A stretch of 63,560 nt of DNA, the filler included, from Reclinomonas americana ATCC 50394 (lineage: Eukaryota), in the NCBI GenBank assembly GCA_048213135.1. It is 15 parts of 15 records of this genome, joined end to end, with 100 filler letters (N's around TTAATTAATTAA, not from the genome) between each part and the next. Parts side by side here need not be neighbours in the genome. Positions count along the whole stretch, not along the records: positions 49,063 to 52,243 come from AFZH01018854.1; positions 52,344 to 55,145 come from AFZH01018855.1; positions 55,246 to 59,331 come from AFZH01018856.1; positions 59,432 to 60,689 come from AFZH01018857.1; positions 60,790 to 63,560 come from AFZH01018860.1; 10 more parts are not named here. One strand, written 5' to 3'. The notes under the pieces are model-generated. The model was not told the DNA's origin and searched no databases. It was given only the letters and a program-made list of their open reading frames with translations. The position numbers and the translations under genes were made by a program. Shown in pieces: positions 49,066-60,960 of the stretch (positions are counted from its first letter, which is position 1; every line of letters begins with the position of its first letter).

Positions 49066-51378
49066 TCATCTTGTCGTCGACGACGGCCGCCTGTGCCAAT
49101 TCAGAGTGAATACGGGGACACGAACGCACACACACACACATGCGTGCATGCTGGCCTGGACGCAACGCATGGAGTGGTGAGGGGAACCGACTGAGGTGGT
49201 ACGTTGGCGCGCCAGGAATCGCACCGATGCGCATTGCCTCTTCGCGAGCGCATGCAAACAGTGAGTTTATGGAGGCAAACAAGCGCCTCGCAACAACAAA
49301 ACACACACACCGTCCACGATTTGGTGACTGGGGATCTCTCGATCCTTTAGGTACGCCCTCACATTGTACTGCTCGCCAAAGATGCTCGTGTCGTTCAGCA
49401 CACGCAGAGTACGGACAGCGTCCACCGCTGCATCCACGAACTCGGTAAGAAGGCACGCGAAGGCATGGCGACGAGCAGCACAAAAAGACACACTGCACGC
49501 ACGATCGACAAACTCCACAATCGCGAATCCCTTGCTACCGGCACGCATTTTGGCCACTGGTCCGACACAGAGGCTGAGATACGCCAGCAACTCATACTTG
49601 CGTTCGTCTGCGGTGCGCGGGAAGCCTGTGATGAAGACAGTGCGACTCTGCGCGCCATCAAAAAACGCGCGATGTATGAGGTCCACCGAGTCCTTCCTGC
49701 ACAAAAGTGGTCAGTGTGATGGCGAAAGAAGCGCCAGCCTGGCCAGTTTAACACGTAACTGACTCGGGAGGTACACAGAGCACGAGTCGGTGAGCGCGTG
49801 GTCCACCACCGTAATGCGATTCAGCACTTGCCACAGATCATCTTCAGTCGGTGGCGCGCCAATCGGGATCGTGCGCAGGCGTGTGAATGGTGACAGGGAG
49901 CGTGGTGGTTCGCGCTCATCAGGCGATCGTGCTCGCCGCGGTGGCGGTGGCGACGCCCGCGGACCGGCAAATCGTGGGTTGTCGTGGCGCGGGGGTGAGC
50001 GTCGACCCGGCGGTGAACGTGTTCGCGAATCGCGCCACCCATCCTGCGGATGCCCGTTGCCAGCACGTGCAGGGTAACGATCACGGTGCGGCGGTGGTGG
50101 CGATGCCGATGACAACGGCGGCGGCAGCGGTGGTGGCGGTGGCAAATGGCGAGCTGGTGGTGGCTGGTGATAACTGTGGTGTGGAGGCGGAGGATGTGCA
50201 AGTGGCACTGGAGGTGGCGGCACCGTGTCGCCACTGTACGGTGGTCGTGAGTCCCGTCGTGGAGAAGACCAGCGACCGCGAGGCGGCGCCGCAGATGCCG
50301 ACTGCAGACACACGCACACACACACACACGCAGCGTGAGCATAGAAGCACGTGAGACAAAGAGGAGACGCCGTACACACCTCGTAACGGCGAGCAGAGGG
50401 TGATGCGCCGCCGCCGCCGCCGTAGTCTGGATAATCGCGTCGCGACACCGAATGTGGCGGCGGAGGTGGCGGCGGCGGTGGTGGTGGCAGCGGTGGCTGC
50501 CGACGATCGCTGTCGCTACCACGCCTGTCATACGAGTCGAACGACGAGGGAGCGCGTCTGTCGTCTGCATTTGCGAACCGATCGGGTGGCGGCGGTCGAC
50601 GGCCTTGGTCGCGGTGATCGTGCTGATCGTAGTAGGGATTGCGCTGACGGTGATGGTCTCGAATGTGATGCACTGTCACCACTGGTGGCGGCGGCACTGG
50701 CGGTGGCGGCGGCGGTGGTGGTGGCGGAGAATGCTGACGACGATGATGATGATGATGGTGGTGGTGGTGACGGTGATCGTCGTGATGCTGGTGCGGGTGA
50801 TGCTGCTGCGATGGTGCCGATCGACGCGACTCGTGGTGCGATCGATGACGATCATCACCAGCGCGCTCACCGACAGGCGACGGCGACCGCGGCCGCTTTC
50901 GATCCTGCCGGTCCTTGTGTTCACGCTCACGGCGCTCGTTGTGATTGGGCGAGTCCCACGACGACAGCGGCGACGGACTCTGCTGCCCCGCGGTCACCTG
51001 CAGCGTGTCACCTGCCGCCGCGCCAGTCGATGATGCTGCTCCCTTGCTCGCCACACCCGTATCCTCCGCATCATCCTCCGCCATTCCCACATCGTCCTCA
51101 TCATCGTCATCACGCGCATGTCGCGACGAAGGTGCACCCCCACGCGACGCACTGGTGGCCGCCGTGACCGAGTCGGCAGTGGCTGCACGGCTGGCCGCAG
51201 TCACCGAGGTCACCAGTGTGCTACTGCTGCCACTGCCTCCTCCGCCTCTGCTGCTGCCGCCACCACCACCGCCAGTGCCAGCGAGGGTGGTGGCGGGGGT
51301 GGATGGAGTGGTAGTGGTGGTGGTGTTTGTGGTGATGGCACTGCGCGGGCGCACAACAAAGCCTCCGGGGAACTGCAT
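49066..51378 (-). CDS. RRM protein with long Pro/His/Arg/Ser low-complexity N-terminus
   Basis: RTVFITGFPR...GPVAKMRAGSKGFAIVEFVDPVDA...LNDTSIFGEQYNVR; start and end inferred. Confidence 0.7.
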
Positions 51379-51944
51379 GCAAAATGCATCATCGACGACA
51401 CAATAAGAGACGTGTGTGTTGCATGTGTGTGTGCGTCTGTGTACGTGTGTGTACGTGTGTGTGCCTGAGATGTATGCACACGAGTCACGAACCATGGTGG
51501 TGGTGGCGCTTGAGAATGCTTGCGCGTCGAGATGATACAGGACCAAGTTTTACGACTTGACTTTCTCGACGCTGCATACTCCAGCGTCGTGGCAGTGCAG
51601 ACAAGCAAAAAACGCCCAGTGCACTCACGTGTGTCTAGGCTGCGCTGCTGGTGCTGCTGCACGATTGAATGGCGAAGTTGGCGACAACCGGCGCCGGCAT
51701 GCAAACGCTTTGTATGCACCGCTGCGTGCTTGCTATTGGTCACTGGCAATGCATGAGTACGTCGTCGCAAGGGGGTCGCGCAGTCGTGCTTGCCCACACC
51801 GCACTGCATCAGCGCGAAAAAAACGCGTGCTCACAACGAGAATACCACAGCGGCTGCTGACGCCAGCAGATACACTTGTGCGGGGGGCGGTTACGCCTCC
51901 GCAATGACGACTCTCTGTATTCTCTCTCTCTCCCTCTCTCCCTC

Positions 51945-52165
51945 TCAGTCGACCTTGCTGACATCGACACCGTTTCCGCCGACAACTGCACTGCCATGCA
52001 CTCGGCGCTTCAGGGCGCGCACCGTCGACCACTCCCAGGCCACGCCCGCCAACAGTGCCGTGCACTCCAGCACCACAATGCCCAGCATGCCCCACTCGAA
52101 GGCCGGCGGCACCTTTCGATCCTCCACGAGGTGGAATCGGAAAATCGCTACGCAGCTCCACGTGG
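51945..52165 (-). CDS. Last exon of an unidentified membrane protein
   Basis: Hydrophobic helix GMLGIVVLECTALLAGVAWEW, ending SKVD-stop. Confidence 0.4.
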
Positions 52166-52170
52166 TGAGG

Positions 52171-52171
<1 letters not shown>

Positions 52172-52242
<71 letters not shown>
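52172..52242. repeat. (CA)n microsatellite at contig end
   Basis: ~35 perfect CA units next to the gap. Confidence 0.95.
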
Positions 52243-52243
<1 letters not shown>

Positions 52244-52343
52244 NNNNNNNNNNNNNNNNNNNNNNNNNNNNNNNNNNNNNNNNNNNNTTAATTAATTAAN
52301 NNNNNNNNNNNNNNNNNNNNNNNNNNNNNNNNNNNNNNNNNNN

Positions 52344-54849
52344 CTCTCGGCCGCTGCCTCCACTACCACCGCCACCCACGCCACCGTCCACGCGTGCCAG
52401 TAGTGGCAGTTCGCGAGCTTCACTTGGATCACCATCCTCCGCAAGTGCATTTGCGCTCGCGACTCCCACACACGCGCACACTGGCAAGAGCAGTGACAGT
52501 GACGACAGCACCGACACGGAAGAGGAGGCAGTAGAGGGCACCACCACCACCACCACAACAACAACTGAGAGCGACGAGGGTGTGGTCATCATGTCGGTGC
52601 CTCCACCCATGCCACGGACGACGCATCGGATGAAGGACGATGAGCGCGTGACTGCCACAGCAACCGCCACTGCGACAAGCTCAATGCCAATGGGCGACGA
52701 TGAAGCGTGGTCGGATCTGGATGGCGACGAGGACGACGATGAGGAGGAAGAGGAGGAGGAAGAGGTGTGATGATGGCAGTCAACAGCAGCTGCGATTGAG
52801 CGCTCATTGTGTGTGCGTGTGCAGGGCATGCGGATTCACGTGTCGCGTATTCCCGTGTCGCCGGGCTTGGATGAGTACGCGCACATGGCGGCGCAGGTGG
52901 CGCTGGATGAGAGCGGGCAGCAGCGATCGTCGGTGGCCGTGGAGGCGCAATTGAGACGGCTGGTAATGGACGATCGGTTTGCCAATTCGCATCCGCGGGT
53001 GCTGGCGTTGCTGATGCCGGCCAGTGGAGCGCCGCAAGTGTGCGCCGAGTGCAGTGCGCCCGATCCCGATTGGGCGTCGGTCAATGTTGGCATTTTCTTG
53101 TGTATCGGCTGTGCGGGAGTGCATCGCTCGCTCGGAACACATCTCTCCAAAGTGCGCAGTGTGACGCTGGATGAGTGGAGCGAGGAGTTGTTGCAGGTGC
53201 GTGCAAGCGTGTGCGGTTGTCGCGTTTGAGGTTGCCTGCTCAATAACATTTCGCGATTGCTGATGGCAGGAATTTGAGACGGCGTGTACGCATGACCACG
53301 CGAGGGAGTGGGAGTACCGCCTGCCACCGTTTTGCAAGCCACAGGCGCAGGATGCCAACACCCTCAAGGCCTGGTTCGTGAAGCAAAAATACCAAAAGCA
53401 GACATGGCGACGTCGCGAAGGCGATCCTCCTAAATGGACCAAAGGTCCGTCTGGCGCCACCGTGAGCGTCTCTGCAAGTCGCATTAATAGTTTATGAGGT
53501 GTGCGTGCAGTCATTTATGATGGACCGGGTGCCATGCTATCGCAACGCGCCATGGCCAAGTTCCGACCCGCCGACTCGTTGCAAGTGGTGACTATTGCTG
53601 CTCGCGGCACCGTTCTCCAGGTGTGTGGGCCGCAGTCTTCGTGCACGTGCTCGTGGTGTACTCCCTTTTTCTTTGGTGAGCTCACCGCTCCGGCAGGCGT
53701 ACCCCGTCGACATTAACCACTCGTCGTTCCCCGTGTACGTCGGCACGATTCCCGTCGATGCGCGAGTTGCCATTACCGCACCGCCGTTTACGCCCACAGG
53801 TAACATGCTCTTGCGCACTCGCACACACACTGGCATACTTGTGTTGACGCGTTGCGGGATATGCGTGCTGCAGGTCCGCAACGACGCTCCGTGGTCACCG
53901 TCACCTCGCCCTCCGACGAGAGTCTCCAGTGGAGTCTCACCTCGGACTCCGAGCAGGAGGTGATTGAGTGGGCGTTGTATCTGCGTGCATCGACGTTCTG
54001 GGACGCCTCGGTGCGGCAGTCGTCGCTCGGTTCGCCGGGCGTTCGTGCGCTGCTGGAGGGTCGCCCCGACAACGACATGCTGATGTTGCTGGTGAGTTTC
54101 TCGCTGCACTTGTCCCCTTGTGCTCAGCGACTCACTGCGGCGAGGGGGCGGCAATAGCGTGACTTGAGAATACGTGAAGAACACGTGCATGGCTATCTGG
54201 AGAAGGTCGGCGGGCGTTTCCGGTCGTGGAAGAAGCGCTACTTTGTGTTGCAAGGATGCACGCTGTTCTATTTTGACAAGCAAAAGGTATCCACGCATGC
54301 ATGCCTGTGTGAGAGCACTACCTGCAAGATGTGACTGCTCACGCCACCATGTGCGCTCCGTCGCAGCTCAAACGCCTCAAGGGCAGCATCTCGCTGCGCA
54401 ACTCGGTGACCACCATGACCGACGATGCCGGACGCCACGGCTTTGTGCTGTCCATTTTGACGCACAGCCGCTGCTTCCAGCTGGCCAGCAAGTCGCGCGA
54501 CGACCTGCTACGCTGGAAGCTCGCCCTCGATCAACGCGTGGCGCAGTTTCAACAAGGCGCCCTGTATCCGAACGTTTCGTCCGTTTCTCCCTGTTTCCTT
54601 CTGTTGGTACACACTTTTCTGACAACCACGGAATCACATGCGCAGGGCGTGCCTACATTTGGTCGCTGGACCGGCGTCACGCACTCGGTGGACCTGGTGA
54701 GTGTCGCCGAGCACGCGTACGCGATAAAACTCTTCGACCAAAAAACTCCCCGCATTGCACAGGATGACGGCGATGTGACGGTGGATGGCGGCATCGGCAG
54801 CAGCAGTAGCAGCAGCATAAGCAGCATGGCTACACACGCTCCACCATAA
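52344..54849 (+). CDS. ArfGAP + PH-domain protein; 5' end missing
   Basis: CAECSAPDPDWASVNVGIFLCIGCAGVHRSLGTHLSKVRSVTLDEW; PH domain HGYLEKVGGRFRSWKKRYFVL...LKGSISL...DLLRWKLAL. Confidence 0.9.
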
Positions 54850-55245
54850 GCATAGCACAATTGAGACAAACATGAAACTTCGAATCTCCGCATGTGCGTC
54901 CGGCGGGGATTCCACCGCGCTTTTTTGTGTGTGTTTCAGAGAAGAGAAAGAATGTCAGCCGAGTCTGCCACCCGTCGCGTGCGCATTGTTGCGTCTCCTC
55001 TCACTGCACACACATAGCACGTGCGCGAGTGTGTGTCTCCCTCGTGTGTGTGTCACTGATGCCATGTCAACCCCCTGCAGCACGCCGCGCATCTTGCCCC
55101 CGTCGATGCATCTGCTGCCAGTGGCAGTGGCAGCCTTCCGGTGGANNNNNNNNNNNNNNNNNNNNNNNNNNNNNNNNNNNNNNNNNNNNTTAATTAATTA
55201 ANNNNNNNNNNNNNNNNNNNNNNNNNNNNNNNNNNNNNNNNNNNN

Positions 55246-55730
55246 GAGAGAGAGAGAGAGAGAGAGAGAGATGGGCGATCGAGAGAGTGAGGGAAAGAGA
55301 GAGAAGCGAGGGTGAGAGAGAAGAGAGAAGAGAGTGAGGGAAAGAGAAAGAGACAGTGAGAGGTGAGAGTGAGCTTAATGACAAGGGAAAGAGAGAAAGA
55401 GAACGACTGAGGTTGATAGAAGAGCAGAGGCGACCGACAGACAGACAGAGAGAGAGAGAGAGAGGACGAGAGACAGACAGACAGACAGAGAGAAAGAGAG
55501 AAGAGAGGGCGAGAGAAGAGCGATCGAGACAGAGAGAAGAGTTGGCGAGAGAAGGGCGATTGAGAGAGTGAGGGAAAGAGAGAGAAGAGAGAGCGAGAGA
55601 GAGAGAGGTGAGGGTGAGCTTAATGACAAGGGAAGGAGAGAAAGAACGACTGAGGTTGATAGAGAGAGAAGATGCGAGAGAGAGAGACAGACAGAGAGAG
55701 GGAGAGAGATAGGGAGGGGGAGAGAGGCTC
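55246..55730. repeat. GA-rich low-complexity tract with an internal degenerate duplication
   Basis: gagcttaatgacaagggaa...aacgactgaggttgataga at ~55371 and ~55616; gggcgat(c/t)gagagagtgagggaaagagagagaag at ~55273 and ~55553. Confidence 0.75.
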
Positions 55731-55763
55731 ACAGCGTCGCTCACTCATTCGTCGTGTTCGCAG

Positions 55764-56472
55764 GATGTTGTTCCGGTCGCTTTGCCTGCTGGTGAGTGTC
55801 TCTCTCCGTCCTTCCCCCTCCTGTCTCTGTGTTTTGTTCCATTCTCCCGGACACGTCCGCTCATTGCTTCTTTGCCCCCGCGTATCGCTGTCTCACTCTG
55901 TGGCTCTCATTCCCACTCTCCCTGTGTCTTTCTCATTCTCCTCCGCTCTCAGTCCTACTTGCTGCTCCCCCGGTCACTCTCGGTTGCACCTCTCTTCTCT
56001 CCTTTCCTCTCTGTGCTCGCTTTCTCTCCCTGTCGCATCTGCCACTCACATCTTATTTCTGCTGCCACTTGTCGCCATCTCTTGCCTTGTGTTTCTCTCG
56101 TCTGCGCCCATTTCTCTCTCTCTCTCTCTCTCACTCCCGTGCTCATCTCCTTTCCCCTTCTCCCCTCCCCATCTCGCTCACCATCGACGCGCAGACGACC
56201 GGCGGCCTGACCTCCGACACCGTCCTCTGGAGCACTCTCCAGCACCTCCTCCACCTCCGCCTCCTCCGCCACCTTCTCCACCACCACCAGTTGTGGTTGA
56301 AGAACCACCGCCACCACCACCTCCACCTCCTCCACCACAGCAGCACCATGCGCCTCCCGAGAGACATGCTGTTGCTGTCACACAATCACAGTCACCACCT
56401 CCACCTCCACCACCGAGTCGGCGACTGTTGGACGAGAATGGACGGCTACCGCGACGACTGGACGGGCGATGA
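55764..56472 (+). CDS. 3' exons of an unidentified proline-rich protein
   Basis: Exon DVVPVALPA then GTGAGT donor; terminal exon DRRPDLRHRPLEHSPAPPPP...LDGR-stop. Confidence 0.5.
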
Positions 56473-56494
56473 TGTTTTGTATGATGGATTATAC

Positions 56495-59072
56495 TTACTT
56501 TTGTTCTTCTACTTCCTCCTCATCCTCCTCCTCTATACGCGATGCCAGTGGCACATTGTCTTGCTCCCCCTGCTCGATGTCGTCGCTCTGAGAGTGGCGA
56601 TGAGTGTGCGAGAGCTCTCCACTCTCCAGCAAATGTTGCGTGCGTGCTTACCTTGCCGCCATCCATGAGTGTGTCGAGCTCCACGTCACCGTCTCCGCCG
56701 CTGGCGTTTATGGTGGCTAATGTTGGGCGGTGCTCGATGGCGGCGATGCGTTGCACGCAAATGGCCTCCTTGTCCCAGTCGACGCGCAGCACAAAGAAGA
56801 GCATGGCGATAATGACGACGATCAGCGCGGCGAGGAGGCCGCACCACAGGCCGACCACGCCCCAGTTCTGTGGGGGAAGGGAGAGAGAGGATAGGATGAG
56901 AAGGGGGAAAATGACAAGGAGGAACGAGAACCAAGCTCGCGCGCAAAAAGAGAGGCGGGAACCGCGCGACAGAAGGAACAATGAGAACTGAACTCGCCCG
57001 CATGCAGAGAGTGAAAGAGGGTCGAAATCGAAGAGAACAAGCATTGCAGCAAAGCAAGCGAGCGAACGAGAATCGTTTGCATAGAGAGAGGGAGGTTTGA
57101 CATGCGAAGGGAAGTACCAGAAAGAGACAGAGAGGGTTGATAGGAGAAGGGAGAAACCGACAAGGAGGGAGAATGAGAACACGCAGAGCGAGAGAGAGAG
57201 AGTAAATATGAGTAGGGAAGTTTGCTGCTTGAGAACTGATGTCGCTCGCGGAGAGAATGTTGGTGAGAAGGCAGAAAGCGAAGGGTGCCTAGAAGAAAGA
57301 ATGAGCTCGTACGGCGAGCGCGAGAGAGACAGAGAGGGTTGAAATGGGAAGTGAACGACGAAAGGAGGAAGAATTCGCTGCAAAGAGAGAACGAGAGAGG
57401 GTTGAAACAGAAAGGGACACATCCCACGGAAAGCAGTACGAAAACTGCGCTCAGGAGGGGAAACCACAAAGGTCGCTGCTTAGCAGAGGAATCCGCGTGG
57501 AGAAAGAGAGAGAGAGAAGGGATGGCAAGGGCAAGAGAGCGACTGAATCAAACCCTTGGTTGGACGGAGAATAAGAGAGAAGAAGTGCGAGAGTAGTCTG
57601 GAGGCCAAACATGTCGCTCACCAGGTAGAATGTGAAACTGCAGAGTACGACAAAGGGTGAGCAACGCAGCGAGGGAAACAACGCATGGAGGGGAGCACGC
57701 ACAAGACGCCAAGCGGGGTGCCGACAAGGTAGAATCCCACAGCATGTGCCTGTGTTTGATGCGTGTCAACAACCCCACGCAACCGAATTCACAAAAAGAA
57801 CACTGAGCAGCGTAACAATGGCGCCCTGCGTCGGTTTGCCAAGGCCCTTGAGCATGCCGCCGAGCGTCGATTGCATGCAGTCGCCAAGCTGCGGGGGTGG
57901 TTTCGGTGAGATTCCGACAGTGGCCACAGGAAATCACCACCTCCAACGTACATGCATAATGTAGCCAAAGAGCAGCAGTTGTGCGATCAGCGACACGACC
58001 TCTGGCGAGTCGGAGTACGCGTAACCCATGACGTGACGCGTGGCGATACCGGTGCCACACACCACCACGCCAATGCTCAGCGCACTGCCGACGGCCACAA
58101 ATCCTGCAAGCGAGCGGTGAGGTTAAATAATGCGCTGCCGACCGAGATCATGAAAAAAGAGACAGAAGCGCACCAGAGAACTTGGCATCCGACGGCCGAT
58201 TTTCACCCATGAGATTGCCGACACGCACAGTGGTCGCAATGCTGCGCAGGAAGGAGTAAGCACGCGGAGAAATCATAGCGCGCAAGCAAATGGAAATGTA
58301 CCCGACGCCAAGAGGCAACTGCGGGAAGCACGAGTTAATGACGAGGGCGAGCGAGGAAAAGAGAGGTGACACGCTCGCGCACCATGAAGATCAGCGCCGT
58401 GAAATTGAGGACCACGCTATGCGCAGCGAGTGACTGCTCGTTGATGAGGCCGGCGAGGAAAATGGTCACCTCGAAACCCTGCGCAGTGGGAGAATCATGG
58501 AGGGTTGGTGACTCCCTACAAACAAAATAGCAAAAGAAGAGGACGCACCATGGCCTCGGCCACCAGCATTACCGAGCCAGCGATGCCGATTTGGATAAAC
58601 ACTTTCATATCGGGCCAGCGGAGCTCGGAGCGCGACCAGCCTGCATGGGTCGTGGTGAGCAGGGGAAGAGGAAAAGGGAGGGGAAGGGAGGAGGTGATGA
58701 CGCAACCAAACCACGTCGCCTTGTGGTACTTTTTGAGCACGGTGAACAGATACATGCACGCAAACATGGAAAATCGCTGCGCGCAAGGGTGATGCAGTGA
58801 GCGAGACAAGGGAGCGCGAGTAGGAGGGTGTGTGGGATGAATCGGCTGACCGAAAGGGAGGTGGCAATGGCGGAGCCGATGAATCCGTAGCCGAGGGCGT
58901 AGATGAAGACGTAGTTGAAGACGATCTGTCGGGAGGGGAAGGGCGGAAGGGAAAGGGTGGAGTGAGGGCGAAGAGGGATGAACGGAGAGGGTGAAGATTG
59001 GAAAGGGAGAGATGACGACTGAGATGTTGGGTGAATGACAACAGAAATAGTCGAAACACTTCTGGTGAGTGT

Positions 59073-59103
<31 letters not shown>

Positions 59104-59431
59104 CGACAAGGATGAGAAAGTATTGAAAAGAGGTTGCCAGAGAACACTGTGAGTGGGGTGGAGACAAGAACCAAAGTGAATGAGAGATCACGCGATGGCA
59201 AAGGGGGCGAGTCACCAGCTGATAAAAGCATGGGAGAGATAATTAGCAAGAGAGTGACAAGGATGGGAAAGAGTTGAAAGCAGATTGCGCAGAAGTAGAG
59301 CAACGCGCGAACCAGAGAGAGAGAGAGAGAGNNNNNNNNNNNNNNNNNNNNNNNNNNNNNNNNNNNNNNNNNNNNTTAATTAATTAANNNNNNNNNNNNN
59401 NNNNNNNNNNNNNNNNNNNNNNNNNNNNNNN

Positions 59432-59477
<46 letters not shown>

Positions 59478-60689
59478 CAGAATCAGCAGGAAAGCCAGAG
59501 CATGGCGAAACATGGGACGAGAGAGGCGACAGAGAGAGCCAGCGAGTTAGTGCACACGCTGCAAAGCGACGACGAGCAACCCATGACCTTAGTGGGAGAG
59601 GGTGACGATAGCAAGAAAGCCACCGACAGATGAAACACGGAGCCAGCGAGGAGAGCTCCGAGGCACGACTGCAGTTGCGTGCAAGCGACGCAACATTCAA
59701 CACGTTCACAATCAGCACACAGGCAAGCGACGGCCATATGATGTTTTGCGCCAGCAGGTACTTGGCCAGCACATTGAACATGATCTGCGCCAGAGAATGA
59801 GCTCGAAACACCGCGTTGCCTTCTCCGCCAAGCACACGCAACATTCGGCCACATGCCACAGGAGAGCACGCGTGAGAAAAGGTCAGTTAGCGCCGACACC
59901 TCTGGATCCTGCCCGAGCAGCACCATGGTCGGTCCGGCCACCCAGCACAACTGCATCGCCAGTTGCAGCAATCAGAAAACCACATTGCTTTCCCACAATC
60001 ACAGCGAGGTTTCTTCCGCACCGGAACAAGCACGAGGAGCACAAGAATGGTCGACAACACGACGCCACGTTGCAAGACACCTCCGACCATGCGCATGTTC
60101 TCTGTCGCGCACAGCAAATGAGAGAGGACTACAGAGCAGGAGAGTGAGATGTGATGACGCACTGGCGCCATATGCTTGACTGGCCAGTGTATCCTGCGAG
60201 CATGCACAGTCTGAGCACAACAGCAGCTGACTGAGTGGGCTTGAAAAATTTCGCAACAATCGCGGAGATGAACCCAGAGGCCACGTGCGTGAGCATGCCA
60301 GTCCACATGTTTCCGAGTGATGCAGCGGCCAACTGCAGTGTTCCGAGGTGACCCTGTGATCGATGCACCGCGTGTCAAATCGTTCATTTGTGAGACAGAA
60401 TGCAGTCAAGATTGAGATGTTTACCACAAAGAGCAAGTCGACGACTGCCAGACTCCAGAAGCTGGCAACAGAGTGGTGTGAGAGGGTGAGGGTGAGGGTG
60501 TGTGTGTGTGAGAGAGAGAGAGAGACCTGACTGTGGTCAACACCACGGGACCTGCGAGTGACCATAGTGCACGCTCCTCTGCCCACAATCTGCGTGGTGA
60601 CGAGTGAGGTGCAGGCGATTGATTACTTGCGAGTGTGTTGTGTGTGTGCAGCAGACCGGGCGGAAGACCACTTTGGTGGTGTGTGCTCC
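56495..60689 (-). CDS. MATE (SLC47-like) efflux transporter; spans gap 59332-59431; first exon beyond next gap
   Basis: LWSLAGPVVL...FVGHLGTLQLAAASLG...SAIDTLASQAYGA; GYGFIGSAIATS; ATTVRVGNLMG; GFYLVGTPLG; GVVGLWCGL...DWDKEA. Confidence 0.93.
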
Positions 60690-60890
60690 NNNNNNNNNNN
60701 NNNNNNNNNNNNNNNNNNNNNNNNNNNNNNNNNTTAATTAATTAANNNNNNNNNNNNNNNNNNNNNNNNNNNNNNNNNNNNNNNNNNNNCGGTACGGTAA
60801 CGGTACGTACGGTAACGGTACGGTAACCGGTACGTAACGTAACCGTACGTACGTACCTACGTACGTACGACGTAGTACGACGACGAGTAC

Positions 60891-60894
<4 letters not shown>

Positions 60895-60942
<48 letters not shown>

Positions 60943-60960
60943 CCGACACACACACACACA
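60895..60960. repeat. (GA)n and (CA)n microsatellites
   Basis: Direct inspection. Confidence 0.9.

Noticed and set aside
49063..49700. TUT1/Star-PAP ortholog, since the RRM looks similar
   Set aside because: The GTTGCG donor at 49166 leads to a stop at 49066 and no nucleotidyltransferase domain is visible; kept as a generic RRM protein.
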